Source: Planctomycetota bacterium
Lineage (GTDB): Bacteria; Planctomycetota; Phycisphaerae; Phycisphaerales; SM1A02
Assembly: GCA_036339555.1 (NCBI GenBank)
Contig: JAYZAT010000006.1
Location: 65 to 64,064, forward strand
Direction: 5' to 3'
DNA: 64,000 bases
Shown here: positions 37,916-47,166 of the stretch, in pieces
Layout: each line of letters starts with the position of its first letter
Numbering within the stretch: the first letter of the stretch is position 1
The notes under the pieces: model-generated
Databases searched by the model: none
Told to the model about the DNA's origin: nothing
What the model saw: only the letters and a program-made list of their open reading frames with translations
Position numbers and translations under genes: made by a program

Positions 37916-38818
37916 ATGCGAGGTCTTCTCCTGATCGCGTTCTTTGTGCTGCTTGGCTGTCAATCGGCAACACATACCAAGGCAACTGATTCTGACGTAT
38001 CTATGGCAGAGTTGCCGCGTGTACTCGCCGGCATGCAAGAACGATCTGATCTATTGCAGCAGTTGCATGGGTGGGGGGTTGTTGAACTTCGATGGACGGA
38101 TGCAGAGGGGTCGCATTTCGAACAAGGTGATCTGGAGTTCTGGATGGAGGGCTCGGATCGGCTGGCTGTACGGATTTCCAAGCTGGGCGATCCGTACTTC
38201 TGGATCGGAACCGACGGCACAGACGCATGGATCTTCGATCTGTCTGAACGACCTCGGCGGTTGATGGTGGATTCGATGGCCAAGGTCCGGGCGGTGGGTC
38301 AGACAGGCGGCCCTTGGCTCTCGATTCTGGACACCGTTCGCATGATGCGAACGGGCTTGGGGGCCTCGCCGCCCCCTTCCCTGGAGGACGTTTCGTCACT
38401 TGAATCTGCAGACAACTCCACCTGGCGGCTGACTTTCCGTGATGGTGCTGACCAGGCAAGACGTGTTCGTCTCCACGTGGATTCAGATACTTGGCGTCCC
38501 CTGCAGTTGGAACTGTTCAATACCAACGGAACCAAGGGGATTACGGTGGGAAGTCGGTCATCACGTACCAAGCGTGTCGAGATTCCAAATCGGTCGTCGC
38601 TCGGTTCTCCCATCGTGTCAGCAATCATGGATGTGCGGGATGACACGGCCACGGACACGCTGGCTCGTTTTGCTTTCGAGGGGCTCACGACCGACCTATC
38701 AGCAGAACCAGTTGAGCGACTATTCGACCTCGATACGCTGCGGGCCAGCTTAAGACCGGAGGTCGAGGGGCCGCTGTTGGAATCGAGGCCTGTGGATGAT
38801 CTGTCGACGACTCGCTGA
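37916..38818 (+). CDS. Hypothetical lipoprotein, possibly LolA/LolB-like fold
   Basis: Lipobox LLGC at the end of the signal peptide (MRGLLLIAFFVLLGCQ). The fold guess rests only on size and beta-rich composition. Confidence 0.55.
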   Translation: MRGLLLIAFFVLLGCQSATHTKATDSDVSMAELPRVLAGMQERSDLLQQLHGWGVVELRWTDAEGSHFEQGDLEFWMEGSDRLAVRISKLGDPYFWIGTDGTDAWIFDLSERPRRLMVDSMAKVRAVGQTGGPWLSILDTVRMMRTGLGASPPPSLEDVSSLESADNSTWRLTFRDGADQARRVRLHVDSDTWRPLQLELFNTNGTKGITVGSRSSRTKRVEIPNRSSLGSPIVSAIMDVRDDTATDTLARFAFEGLTTDLSAEPVERLFDLDTLRASLRPEVEGPLLESRPVDDLSTTR

Positions 38819-38831
38819 ACCAGCTCAGTAC

Positions 38832-40289
38832 ATGGTTGGGTTGCTCCTACTCGTTGCAGTCGGCCAGGTGTGTGCTGCCGATTTCGAGGTGGTTGGGACA
38901 GACAATCACGCATGGTTCTTACTGCCATCACCGGAAACCAGTGTTGAGGAATTACCCTGGGCACTGGCCCACTACGGCGTGCGTGATGATCCGATGGTGT
39001 ACCGACCAGTTCGACGGTTTGCGCAGAAGCCAACCGCCCTGGCAGCTTTGGGTGAAAGCTTCTGGCTGACCCTTCCACCACGATCGAAGCGACCGGACAT
39101 CATTCCAGTGCGGGTGATGCGGATCCAATGGAACACGAGCATTGATCGGTATCTCGTGGCGCCGCGTACCGGGATGGATCTGCTCCCCAACATCGAAACC
39201 GATCCAAACAGCCCGGCCAGTCCAGTCGACCTGGTGGCGACCCTGGAGGGTCCGGTTGTCCTGTTGGAACATGGGCCAGGCCAGTATTCCATGCAGCGGC
39301 TTCGTCGTGGCCGTTGGAAAGCGGTGACATTGCCCCAGGGCCTGGAAGGTCAGCTGCTCCGCCTTGGTATTGCCCATCAACGCCTCGTTCTCCTGGGTGA
39401 GCGGGATGAGGTGCTCCGCTTTTATTGGGAAACGGGTGAAGGGTGGACCGTGCCGGTCGAGCATCCCGGGTTGGGGTCATTACGGGATTTGGCGACCGTT
39501 GGAGATCGACTGGTTGTGGCCACAGAGCCCGAGCCAGGCAAGCTCTCATTGGCATTTGTTCAACCCGATGGCTTGGCCCGGTTGGGCACTTGGAGTGAAC
39601 CGAAGGTGTCGTGGCGGATCTTGGGTACTCATGGACAGATGGGGTTGGTCAAGGACACAGGTGAATTGGAATCCAGCCGAATCGATCCAATCACGGGAAA
39701 CCAGGGCCCTTGGACGTCCTTTATCCCAGGTTCACCGATGGGCATGAGTCCATGGCCCTTGCTCCTGGCTGTTGCGGCCTCAATTTTCGTGATGCTGGTC
39801 TTGATCCGTGGTCGGGCCACAACGGTGCTTGCCAAGGGACTTCTGCCGCTGGCGGCCATACCCAGGTTGTGTGCATTGTTTATTGATGCGATCCCAGGGT
39901 TCGTCGTAGTCATGCTCTGGCAGGATGCCCAGCCAAGACTGCTATTGGAGGCGTTTACCCTCTCTCTCGATGCACGAGGGTGGGGGTTGTATGCCATCCT
40001 GGTTGGAATCACCTGTGCCTGGAGCCTGGCGTGGGAACTGATCATGATGACAAGCCCTGGTAAGGCCCTGATGGGCGGCCACCTGCAACGCGTGGATGGG
40101 GAGCGACCAGTGTGGGGTCTGGTGGTTGTTCGGTCCCTCATCAAAAGCCTGGTTCTGATGCTGCCGATCCTCATGATCACTGCCTTGAGACCACCTGCAT
40201 TGCAGAGTCCGGCCGATCAGGCCACCGGGATTATCGTGGCTGGGCGAGGAGCCAGACCCGGTGAGTCTGAGCCCGAGGATGGAACCTGA
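38832..40289 (+). CDS. Signal-peptide protein with a large periplasmic domain and a C-terminal RDD-family membrane domain
   Basis: N-terminus MVGLLLLVAVGQVCA. The C-terminus has TM helices with an RDD-like pattern (R..ALFIDAIPGF...TSPGKALMGGHLQRVDG...ADQATGIIV). Confidence 0.55.
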   Translation: MVGLLLLVAVGQVCAADFEVVGTDNHAWFLLPSPETSVEELPWALAHYGVRDDPMVYRPVRRFAQKPTALAALGESFWLTLPPRSKRPDIIPVRVMRIQWNTSIDRYLVAPRTGMDLLPNIETDPNSPASPVDLVATLEGPVVLLEHGPGQYSMQRLRRGRWKAVTLPQGLEGQLLRLGIAHQRLVLLGERDEVLRFYWETGEGWTVPVEHPGLGSLRDLATVGDRLVVATEPEPGKLSLAFVQPDGLARLGTWSEPKVSWRILGTHGQMGLVKDTGELESSRIDPITGNQGPWTSFIPGSPMGMSPWPLLLAVAASIFVMLVLIRGRATTVLAKGLLPLAAIPRLCALFIDAIPGFVVVMLWQDAQPRLLLEAFTLSLDARGWGLYAILVGITCAWSLAWELIMMTSPGKALMGGHLQRVDGERPVWGLVVVRSLIKSLVLMLPILMITALRPPALQSPADQATGIIVAGRGARPGESEPEDGT

Positions 40290-40374
40290 TTTGGGTTGCA
40301 ATCGAGCGTGATCTCGGAATATCGAGGCCGATGACGACCCCTTCAGGGCCACATTGCTCATGCAAACGCTCAGT

Positions 40375-40401
40375 CACCGCCGATACATCATCTCGGCGGT
40401 G
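40375..40401 (+). terminator. Perfect 9-bp hairpin between the RDD gene and the TPR gene
   Basis: CACCGCCGA, a 9-nt loop, then TCGGCGGTG, with no U-tract. It may be a terminator or an RNA-processing element. Confidence 0.3.
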
Positions 40402-40486
40402 AATGGAGTCACCGCAGCAAGAGAGCACCCCAAGATGGCTCAGGATGAGCAGATCGCCTTCAGGTGATCGAAAGGGGACGGCGACA

Positions 40487-42964
40487 ATGGCCGACGACAC
40501 GGCTTGGGACAAGGAGGTCCCGGGCGACCGTGAGCGACACACCCTGCTGGGTTCTGAAAGTGGCCTGCCGGCAACACGGAAGCCGTCGTTGTTTCGTCGG
40601 TGGTGGCCTGCCTGGCTCGTGGGTGGCTCGTCCCTGCTGCTGGCAGGGGTGATTCTTATCAACTTCCTGCAGCCGAGCAGATCAGTGGAGAGCTCACTCA
40701 GGGGAGCCCGTCTGGCATTGCAGGAAGGGCGTTTGGACGAGGCAACTGCTCACCTGCGGGGTGCTCGGGATCGACTAGCCCTGGAAGGGCAAGAGGCGAC
40801 CGGGCGGGCCGAGTACCACGCCTTGGCGGCTGCCATGCTGAGGCTTCGCCAGTCTCCTGTGGGTCCCTGGCCTCCAGCCAATGCCGAACGAGTGATTGAT
40901 CACCTGGTGTCCGCCCAGGAGTCTGGCTGGACCATGACAGCCGCTGACTGGGAGTGCCTGGGCCTGGCTCACATTCAGGTGGGGCAGGTGGCTGCTGCTC
41001 AAGAAGCACTGAATGCACTACAGGGATCTTCAGATCAGTCCACAGACGACACATTGGATGATCGAATCCTCCAGATTCGTCGGGCCATGGCCCGCTACGT
41101 CCATGAACAAGACTCGGCATCCCCATCCCAACGCATCCTGGTGCTCAAGTCACTTCGTGATGATGTCCGAGCGTCGCTTGAGGACATGGCCTGGTCGGCA
41201 GCTGCCATTGCCCGCATTCGGCTTGATGCTGGGCAACCATCGGAGGCTGCCATTGGACTTCACAGGGACATCAGGCGAATGGAGGGCCAGGGAGGCCAAC
41301 CATCACCGGAACTTCTGGTCCTACTGGGACGATCCAATCGAGATTTAGGCCGACCAGAAGTGGCAGCCAAGCCCTTGCAGGCGGGGCTTGATCTGGCAGG
41401 AACGCCCGATCCAATCCGTGGTGAAGGGATGGTATTGCTGGGTGATGTGCATGCACACCAGGGTGATCTGGAAACAGCCCGCCAGTGGTACAACCGTTCA
41501 ATTGTGGAGTACCCCGCTGCCCAGAGCATGCTGGCAGCCCTGGTGGGACGTGGTCGAATGTCCGACCTGTTGAATGAACCAGAACAAGCTCTGCTGGATT
41601 TCACGGAAGCGGTGCGACGTGTGGCACGCGGAGACCAGCATGTTGATGTCACAGTAGCGACGCTGGAAGCAATCCTGCTGGATCGTTTCGAGTCGGCCTT
41701 GACACGCAGTCGAACAACCCATGCGTTGGCACTGGCCCGGCTGGCCTCATCGCTTCGGCCGAAGGGTCAACGTTCAGCTCGAGTATCAACGGCCCTGGCC
41801 GTAGCGGCCGGACAAGTCGCTGCCGATCGAACCAAGGCCTTGGAGCTTCAGGGCGCGACATGGGATGACGAAACGTGGGCCGGGATTCTCGATCTTCACG
41901 CCGAGGCTGGAGAAGCCCATTTGGAAGCTGCCGAGGCTTCTGGTAATGACGAGGCAGCATGGGCGGATGCCCTCTTTCATGCGGGCGTTCACCTGGATGC
42001 GGCTGGTCGTCAACAAGATGCTGCCGCTGTTTTTCTCGACTATGTCCATGGCCGCGGTGAGCGTGATCCGGTTCGGGTCGATGCCATGTTCAGATTGGCG
42101 CAGGCCCTGGAGGCAGATCTTGCCTGGGAGGATGCCTCCACCTGGTACGACAGGCTGCTCACGAATCACCCTCGAAGCTTGCAGGCTACCCGGTCATACG
42201 TCCCATCAGCACGGTGCCTGTTAGCCCTGGGACAACAAGAAGAAGCGCGTTGTCGTCTGCAATCAGTCGTCGATGGGCAAACCACTTTAACGCCTGGCGC
42301 ACCGGATTATCGTGACACGCTTGTGATGCTGGGTCGACTTTGTGTTGATGAGGGCGCCTATTCCGAAGCGATTAGTCGCCTGCGTGAGGCGGCAGATCGG
42401 TGGCCGGATCATCCGGATACGATCGCTGTTCTATTCGACATCGCTTCTGCGCGGCGTTCGTTAGCCCTGTCCATTGATCAGCGATTGGCTCACGATAATT
42501 TAACGCCTTCACAACGTCAGTCGTTGGAATCCGATCGTCTTGCCAACTTATGGGAAGCCGCGATGACATTTGAACAGGTGATTGAGGCCTTGGCTTTGGT
42601 CGATCCTCCAACACCGAATAGTCATCGCCGGCAGCGTGCTGCCGCAGTTGCACGGGCCGATTGCCTCCTCGAAACCGGACGCCTTCAAGAAGCCATTTTG
42701 TGCTACGAATCAGTGGCCAGGACTTGGCCCAACCATCCAGCTGCCATGCACTCCCTGGTTCAAGTGGCCTCGGCATGGACGAGCCTGGGAGAACTTGATA
42801 GAGCTGATGCAGCACACCGACGTGCACTCGATCGACTGGGATCACTACCCGACGATGTACTCGATCGTGAAGGCAATTTCATGAGTCGTGCCGTCTGGGA
42901 ACGTTGGTTAAACACTATTCCCGTGGGATCTGATCTGTATGCGGGAGCTTCAACCACACCATGA
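40487..42964 (+). CDS. Membrane-anchored TPR-repeat protein
   Basis: One TM segment (WWPAWLVGGSSLLLAGVILINF), then about 750 aa of TPR-like helical repeats (A..Y..A/L...G....A pattern). The ATG at 40487 has AAAGGGGA upstream; the maximal ORF starts at 40403. Confidence 0.65.
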   Translation: MADDTAWDKEVPGDRERHTLLGSESGLPATRKPSLFRRWWPAWLVGGSSLLLAGVILINFLQPSRSVESSLRGARLALQEGRLDEATAHLRGARDRLALEGQEATGRAEYHALAAAMLRLRQSPVGPWPPANAERVIDHLVSAQESGWTMTAADWECLGLAHIQVGQVAAAQEALNALQGSSDQSTDDTLDDRILQIRRAMARYVHEQDSASPSQRILVLKSLRDDVRASLEDMAWSAAAIARIRLDAGQPSEAAIGLHRDIRRMEGQGGQPSPELLVLLGRSNRDLGRPEVAAKPLQAGLDLAGTPDPIRGEGMVLLGDVHAHQGDLETARQWYNRSIVEYPAAQSMLAALVGRGRMSDLLNEPEQALLDFTEAVRRVARGDQHVDVTVATLEAILLDRFESALTRSRTTHALALARLASSLRPKGQRSARVSTALAVAAGQVAADRTKALELQGATWDDETWAGILDLHAEAGEAHLEAAEASGNDEAAWADALFHAGVHLDAAGRQQDAAAVFLDYVHGRGERDPVRVDAMFRLAQALEADLAWEDASTWYDRLLTNHPRSLQATRSYVPSARCLLALGQQEEARCRLQSVVDGQTTLTPGAPDYRDTLVMLGRLCVDEGAYSEAISRLREAADRWPDHPDTIAVLFDIASARRSLALSIDQRLAHDNLTPSQRQSLESDRLANLWEAAMTFEQVIEALALVDPPTPNSHRRQRAAAVARADCLLETGRLQEAILCYESVARTWPNHPAAMHSLVQVASAWTSLGELDRADAAHRRALDRLGSLPDDVLDREGNFMSRAVWERWLNTIPVGSDLYAGASTTP

Positions 42965-43437
42965 CGACGCCAGCAGACTCATATCGCAACGTCCAGGCCT
43001 GCGTCCAAGAAGTCATGGAAGGACTTGACCAGCAATGTGCACTTCTGGAGACGCTGCGGCAATTGGCATCATCACAAGGACCACTTATTGAGGCATCGGA
43101 ACATGATTCCTTGCTGGAGGTTGTTCGCAAGCGACAGGAACTCGTGGATCGCCTGGATACAACACGCACAGGAATGAGTACGGCGATCCATCAACTTCAG
43201 GAAGACCTCGATGATATGCCACAAGATGTGCGAGTGGGCCTGCGTGCTCGGATAGCCAAGGTTCAGAAGCTCGTGGACCAGGTTGCTGAAATCGATGCAA
43301 AGGATGCCAATCAACTGAAACAACATCAAGCCACTTGTCGAGAACGGCTTGAGCGTTTGACAGCTACGACGACAGCTCGACAGGGATACCGGACTGCTAC
43401 CAAACCAGATGCACGATTTGCGGACGCCAAGGGATGA
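42961..43437 (+). CDS. FlgN-like flagellar export chaperone (tentative)
   Basis: 158-aa all-helical protein with FlgN-like layout (L..L..E..L...D...L..L...K..L...L; late N.L.....). It has ATGA overlaps on both sides and a flagellar context. Confidence 0.4.
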   Translation: MTTPADSYRNVQACVQEVMEGLDQQCALLETLRQLASSQGPLIEASEHDSLLEVVRKRQELVDRLDTTRTGMSTAIHQLQEDLDDMPQDVRVGLRARIAKVQKLVDQVAEIDAKDANQLKQHQATCRERLERLTATTTARQGYRTATKPDARFADAKG

Positions 43438-44390
43438 GTGTGTCACGATCACTGCCAAGTCAGACGCCAGATCTCCGAGCCAATCCTCTGTCGGCAGGTA
43501 ATGGCATGGGGATGGATCAACTGCAAGATCTCATGTTGTCTTTCAACGAGACGGCTGAACGCTTGCATGAGACTCATGAGGCGCTGCATTGCCAAGTCCA
43601 GACACTGGAATCAGAACTCGCGGAAGCCAACGAACAGTTGCGTCGCTCCCAACAGCTGGCGGCACTTGGAGAGATGGCAGCAGGTATCGCGCACGAAATA
43701 CGAAATCCACTTGGCAGTATTCAGCTTTATGCGCAGGTCCTCGTGGAAGATCTCGAGGACCGGCCAGATTCCGTTGATCTTTGCAACAAGATCGGAACAG
43801 CCGTACGGGGTATGGAATCTATCGTTCGAGATGTCTTGCAGTTTGCTCGTGACACGTCGTTGCAACAGGAACATGTGTTGATTGGATCGATCATTGATCG
43901 CGTGGTTTGCGACTCGGAAGGTCTCTTAGCCACTGCGGCCACGAGCCTTCGGCGCGACACGTCCGCTGATTCCATCGTGGTGAGTGCAGATCTCACGCTC
44001 ATGGTCCAAGCCATCGGAAACATTCTTCGGAATGCCGTTGAATCGATGGATGATAGTGAGCGCGAAGATCGAGTCGTCACGATTGAGTCAAGCGTTGTTC
44101 GACGCTTAAAAACCGACGGGGATCGACACGAGATTGTGTCAATCTCCATTTCAGATCGAGGATGCGGTGTTCCCGAGGACTTGGTTCATCGTCTGTTCAA
44201 CCCCTTCTTTACAACTCGGCCGACCGGGACAGGTCTTGGACTCGCCATTGCGCATCGCGTTGTGGATGCCCATGGTGGAGACATCGTGGTGGGTTCACGT
44301 GAGGGTGGTGGTTCGGTGTTTGAAGTCCATGTTCCCCTCGAAGCAGTCGGGAAGGCCCCGATGGAAATTTGCGAACCGGAGGTGCGATGA
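43434..44390 (+). CDS. Cytoplasmic sensor histidine kinase (NtrB/FlrB/FleS-like)
   Basis: H-box AAGIAHEIRNPLGSI, N-box NILRNAVESM, G-boxes DRGCGVP and GTGLGLAI. No TM segment. Confidence 0.85.
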   Translation: MSVSRSLPSQTPDLRANPLSAGNGMGMDQLQDLMLSFNETAERLHETHEALHCQVQTLESELAEANEQLRRSQQLAALGEMAAGIAHEIRNPLGSIQLYAQVLVEDLEDRPDSVDLCNKIGTAVRGMESIVRDVLQFARDTSLQQEHVLIGSIIDRVVCDSEGLLATAATSLRRDTSADSIVVSADLTLMVQAIGNILRNAVESMDDSEREDRVVTIESSVVRRLKTDGDRHEIVSISISDRGCGVPEDLVHRLFNPFFTTRPTGTGLGLAIAHRVVDAHGGDIVVGSREGGGSVFEVHVPLEAVGKAPMEICEPEVR

Positions 44391-45784
44391 TGGCTCGAAT
44401 CCTCGTGGTCGATGACAAGGAACTCATGCGAGATAGCGTCGGCACAATGCTGTCTCGCCGTGGTCATACCGTCGTGGCAGCTGGGAGTGGTGCGGCAGCG
44501 ATTGAACGCATTGCCCAGCGACCGGTCGATGTTGTCGTGAGTGATTTGCAGATGCCTGGAATGGATGGTCTTGAGTTGATGCAGACGATTCGTGAGCGTG
44601 ATGATTCCATTCCCGTGATCTTGATGACAGCCTTTGCCACGATCGAGACAGCTGTTGGTGCGATGAAGAATGGGGCTTGGGACTACATCACCAAGCCATT
44701 TAGTGGTGATGATTTGCTGGCAACTGTCGAGCGGGCTGTCGCGCATGCCAAGATTTTGCAAGAGAATCAGGTTCTCAAGGTGCAGGTGGCGTCTCGTTCA
44801 GCATCCAGTGCAAGCAGCCATGACCTTGTTGGTGGAAGCGATGTTATGAACGAACTTCGGAGTCATCTTCGCCAAGTCGCTGACAGCCACAGCACCGTGT
44901 TGATTTGTGGCGAATCGGGAACGGGTAAAGAGGTAGCCGCTCGGTGGATTCATGCCAACAGCCGACGAGCATCGGACCCATTCCTGGCCATCAATTGTGC
45001 TGCCTTGTCCACCAGTCTCCTGGAGTCGGAACTCTTTGGCCATGAGAAGGGTGCCTTTACCGGTGCAGATCGGTTGCGTAAGGGACGATTTGAATTGGCA
45101 GACGGCGGCACGTTACTCCTGGATGAAATTAGTGAGATCTCACCGGATACCCAGGCCAAGTTGCTCAGGGTTCTCCAGGAACGCACTTTTGAGCGTGTTG
45201 GTTCCAGTGAGGCCAGGGCAGTGGACGTCCGCATCATCGCAACGTCCAACCGTGATCTTCAGAAGGAGATCGAGGCGGACCGCTTCCGGCAGGACCTCTT
45301 CTTCCGTCTGAATGTGTTGCCCTTGAACATGATTTCCTTGAGGCATCATGTGGATGACATTCCAGATCTTGCAGACCACTTCCTGAGACAGGTCGCCCTG
45401 CGGGAAGGCCGGGATCCCAAGAAGCTCTCCATGGAGGCCTTGGCTTGTTTGCAAGGCTACGAATGGCCAGGCAATGTTCGTGAACTGGAAAACATATGTG
45501 AGCGTGCAGCCGTGCTCGCTGACCAGGAAGTGATCAAAGAATCCCTGGTCGCACCGTGGATCCGGAACTTGGCGCCTGGGCTCGCCCAGGCGAGCCGAAC
45601 CGAGGTCGCTGGAGATAACTGCAGGCGGCTGGAAGAAGTCGAACGCGATGCCATCGTGGCAACGCTACGACGGTTCAATGGTCACCGACAGCGATCAGCT
45701 ACTGCACTCGGCATCGGTGTACGCACGTTAGGTCTCAAGCTCAAGAAGTGGAAGGAGGCGCAACTCGTATCGGCCAGCCTGTGA
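44387..45784 (+). CDS. Sigma-54-dependent response regulator (NtrC/FlrC/FleR/FlgR-like)
   Basis: REC domain (ILVVDD...DVVVSDLQMPGMDG), AAA+ domain with GESGTGKE and the GAFTGA loop (EKGAFTGA), and a C-terminal HTH. Confidence 0.9.
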   Translation: MMARILVVDDKELMRDSVGTMLSRRGHTVVAAGSGAAAIERIAQRPVDVVVSDLQMPGMDGLELMQTIRERDDSIPVILMTAFATIETAVGAMKNGAWDYITKPFSGDDLLATVERAVAHAKILQENQVLKVQVASRSASSASSHDLVGGSDVMNELRSHLRQVADSHSTVLICGESGTGKEVAARWIHANSRRASDPFLAINCAALSTSLLESELFGHEKGAFTGADRLRKGRFELADGGTLLLDEISEISPDTQAKLLRVLQERTFERVGSSEARAVDVRIIATSNRDLQKEIEADRFRQDLFFRLNVLPLNMISLRHHVDDIPDLADHFLRQVALREGRDPKKLSMEALACLQGYEWPGNVRELENICERAAVLADQEVIKESLVAPWIRNLAPGLAQASRTEVAGDNCRRLEEVERDAIVATLRRFNGHRQRSATALGIGVRTLGLKLKKWKEAQLVSASL

Positions 45785-45789
45785 CTTCC

Positions 45790-45814
45790 GACAGGCGCAG
45801 AATCTGCGCCTGTC
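45790..45814 (+). terminator. Perfect 11-bp hairpin after the regulator gene
   Basis: GACAGGCGCAG, loop aat, then CTGCGCCTGTC, 6 nt after the stop, with no U-tract. Confidence 0.45.
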
Positions 45815-45875
45815 AGCAGGAACCGCATGATGTCAGGGCTGGAAACCACGGTATGGGATTCGCACTCGTGAATCC

Positions 45876-46310
45876 ATGATCGACGGACTCAATAATTCGG
45901 GCAGCCTTCCGGTCATGCAGCGGGTCGTGCAGTTCGCGGCTCGTCGGCACACGTTGATTGCCGACAACGTCGCGAACATCTCGACCCCAGGTTTTCGGCC
46001 TGTCGACGTCTCTTTGGACGATTTTGAGACAGCCTTGGGCGAGGCTGTGGAGGCGAGGCGTGAGCGAGGGCAAGCCCGATTTGGCTCGTTGGAGATCAAT
46101 TCAACACCCACCGTGCAGTTCGCAGAGGGGGGAATTCATCTTCAGCCTGAGCCTATTGGAGACAACATCTTGTTCCAGGATGGAAATGATCGCAGCCTGG
46201 AACGGCTCATGCAGGATCTCGTGGAGAACTTCCTGACCTATAGGACGGCGGTGGAGTTGATGAACAACCAGTTTGACATGCTAGACGTGGCAATACGGGA
46301 ACGAATCTGA
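45876..46310 (+). CDS. flgB: Flagellar basal-body rod protein FlgB
   Basis: RHTLIADNVANISTPGFRP signature. Confidence 0.88.
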   Translation: MIDGLNNSGSLPVMQRVVQFAARRHTLIADNVANISTPGFRPVDVSLDDFETALGEAVEARRERGQARFGSLEINSTPTVQFAEGGIHLQPEPIGDNILFQDGNDRSLERLMQDLVENFLTYRTAVELMNNQFDMLDVAIRERI

Positions 46311-46328
46311 TTCCCTGGGAGACATGAC

Positions 46329-46736
46329 GTGCTCTTTGGAGCCCTCGACATCTCGAGTTCTGGCCTGGTAGCCCAGCGACAGCGTATGACGGCGATCGCT
46401 GGCAACATTGCCAACATCGAAACCCTGCTCAACGCCGAGGGTGAATATGCACCTTATCAGCGTCGGATTCCTGTATTTGCCCCCGGCGATCCTGCAAGCA
46501 ATTCGGATAAAGGTGTCCACCTCGCCGAGATCCTCCTCGACGAAGGCCCGCTCCAGATGCGTTACGAGCCCGACAGTCCCTGGGCCAATGATCAAGGTTA
46601 CGTCGGGTATCCAGACATTTCGCTCGTGATCGAACAGATGAATGCCATGGAGGCATCACGGGCGTACGAGGCCAACATTACGGTCGCTGAGGCAACGAAG
46701 TCGATGTACAGCATTGCCCTGGAGATTCTCACGTGA
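46329..46736 (+). CDS. flgC: Flagellar basal-body rod protein FlgC
   Basis: ALDISSSGLVAQRQRMTAIAGNIANIET and C-terminal NAMEASRAYEANITV. GTG start with GGGAGA upstream. Confidence 0.92.
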   Translation: MLFGALDISSSGLVAQRQRMTAIAGNIANIETLLNAEGEYAPYQRRIPVFAPGDPASNSDKGVHLAEILLDEGPLQMRYEPDSPWANDQGYVGYPDISLVIEQMNAMEASRAYEANITVAEATKSMYSIALEILT

Positions 46737-46761
46737 TCTGCTACAGACAGGAATCCATGTC

Positions 46762-47067
46762 ATGACCGACCCTCTGGGACTGATCACAGGCCCCGGGTCG
46801 ACCGGTGTTCCCGCCATCAAGCAGGCGGGAGAGGTCGGTGCGGACGGTTTGGATTTCGGATCCGTACTCAAGGCGGAGATGGCCAGGGTCAACGAACTCC
46901 AGGAGGCCGCCCAGGTGGCAGCCGAGGACTTCGCCGCGGGCCGCCGTGACGATATCGAGAGTGTTCTGTTCGCAGCACGCAAGGCTGACACAGCCTTCAA
47001 GATGCTGCTCCAGGTCCGCAACAAGGTGCTTGAAGCCTACGAGGAGGTAAAGCAACTGCGTATCTGA
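46762..47067 (+). CDS. fliE: Flagellar hook-basal body complex protein FliE
   Basis: C-terminal KADTAFKMLLQVRNKVLEAYEEVKQLRI matches the FliE signature. Confidence 0.85.
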   Translation: MTDPLGLITGPGSTGVPAIKQAGEVGADGLDFGSVLKAEMARVNELQEAAQVAAEDFAAGRRDDIESVLFAARKADTAFKMLLQVRNKVLEAYEEVKQLRI

Positions 47068-47166
47068 ATGAACGGATCGCGAATTGCCCCCGATTGAGGT
47101 CCACGGAGGGACCAACCTCGGAACGGCAAGATCCGCTCAATCGGTCAGGCAGGATGCCGACGATCG

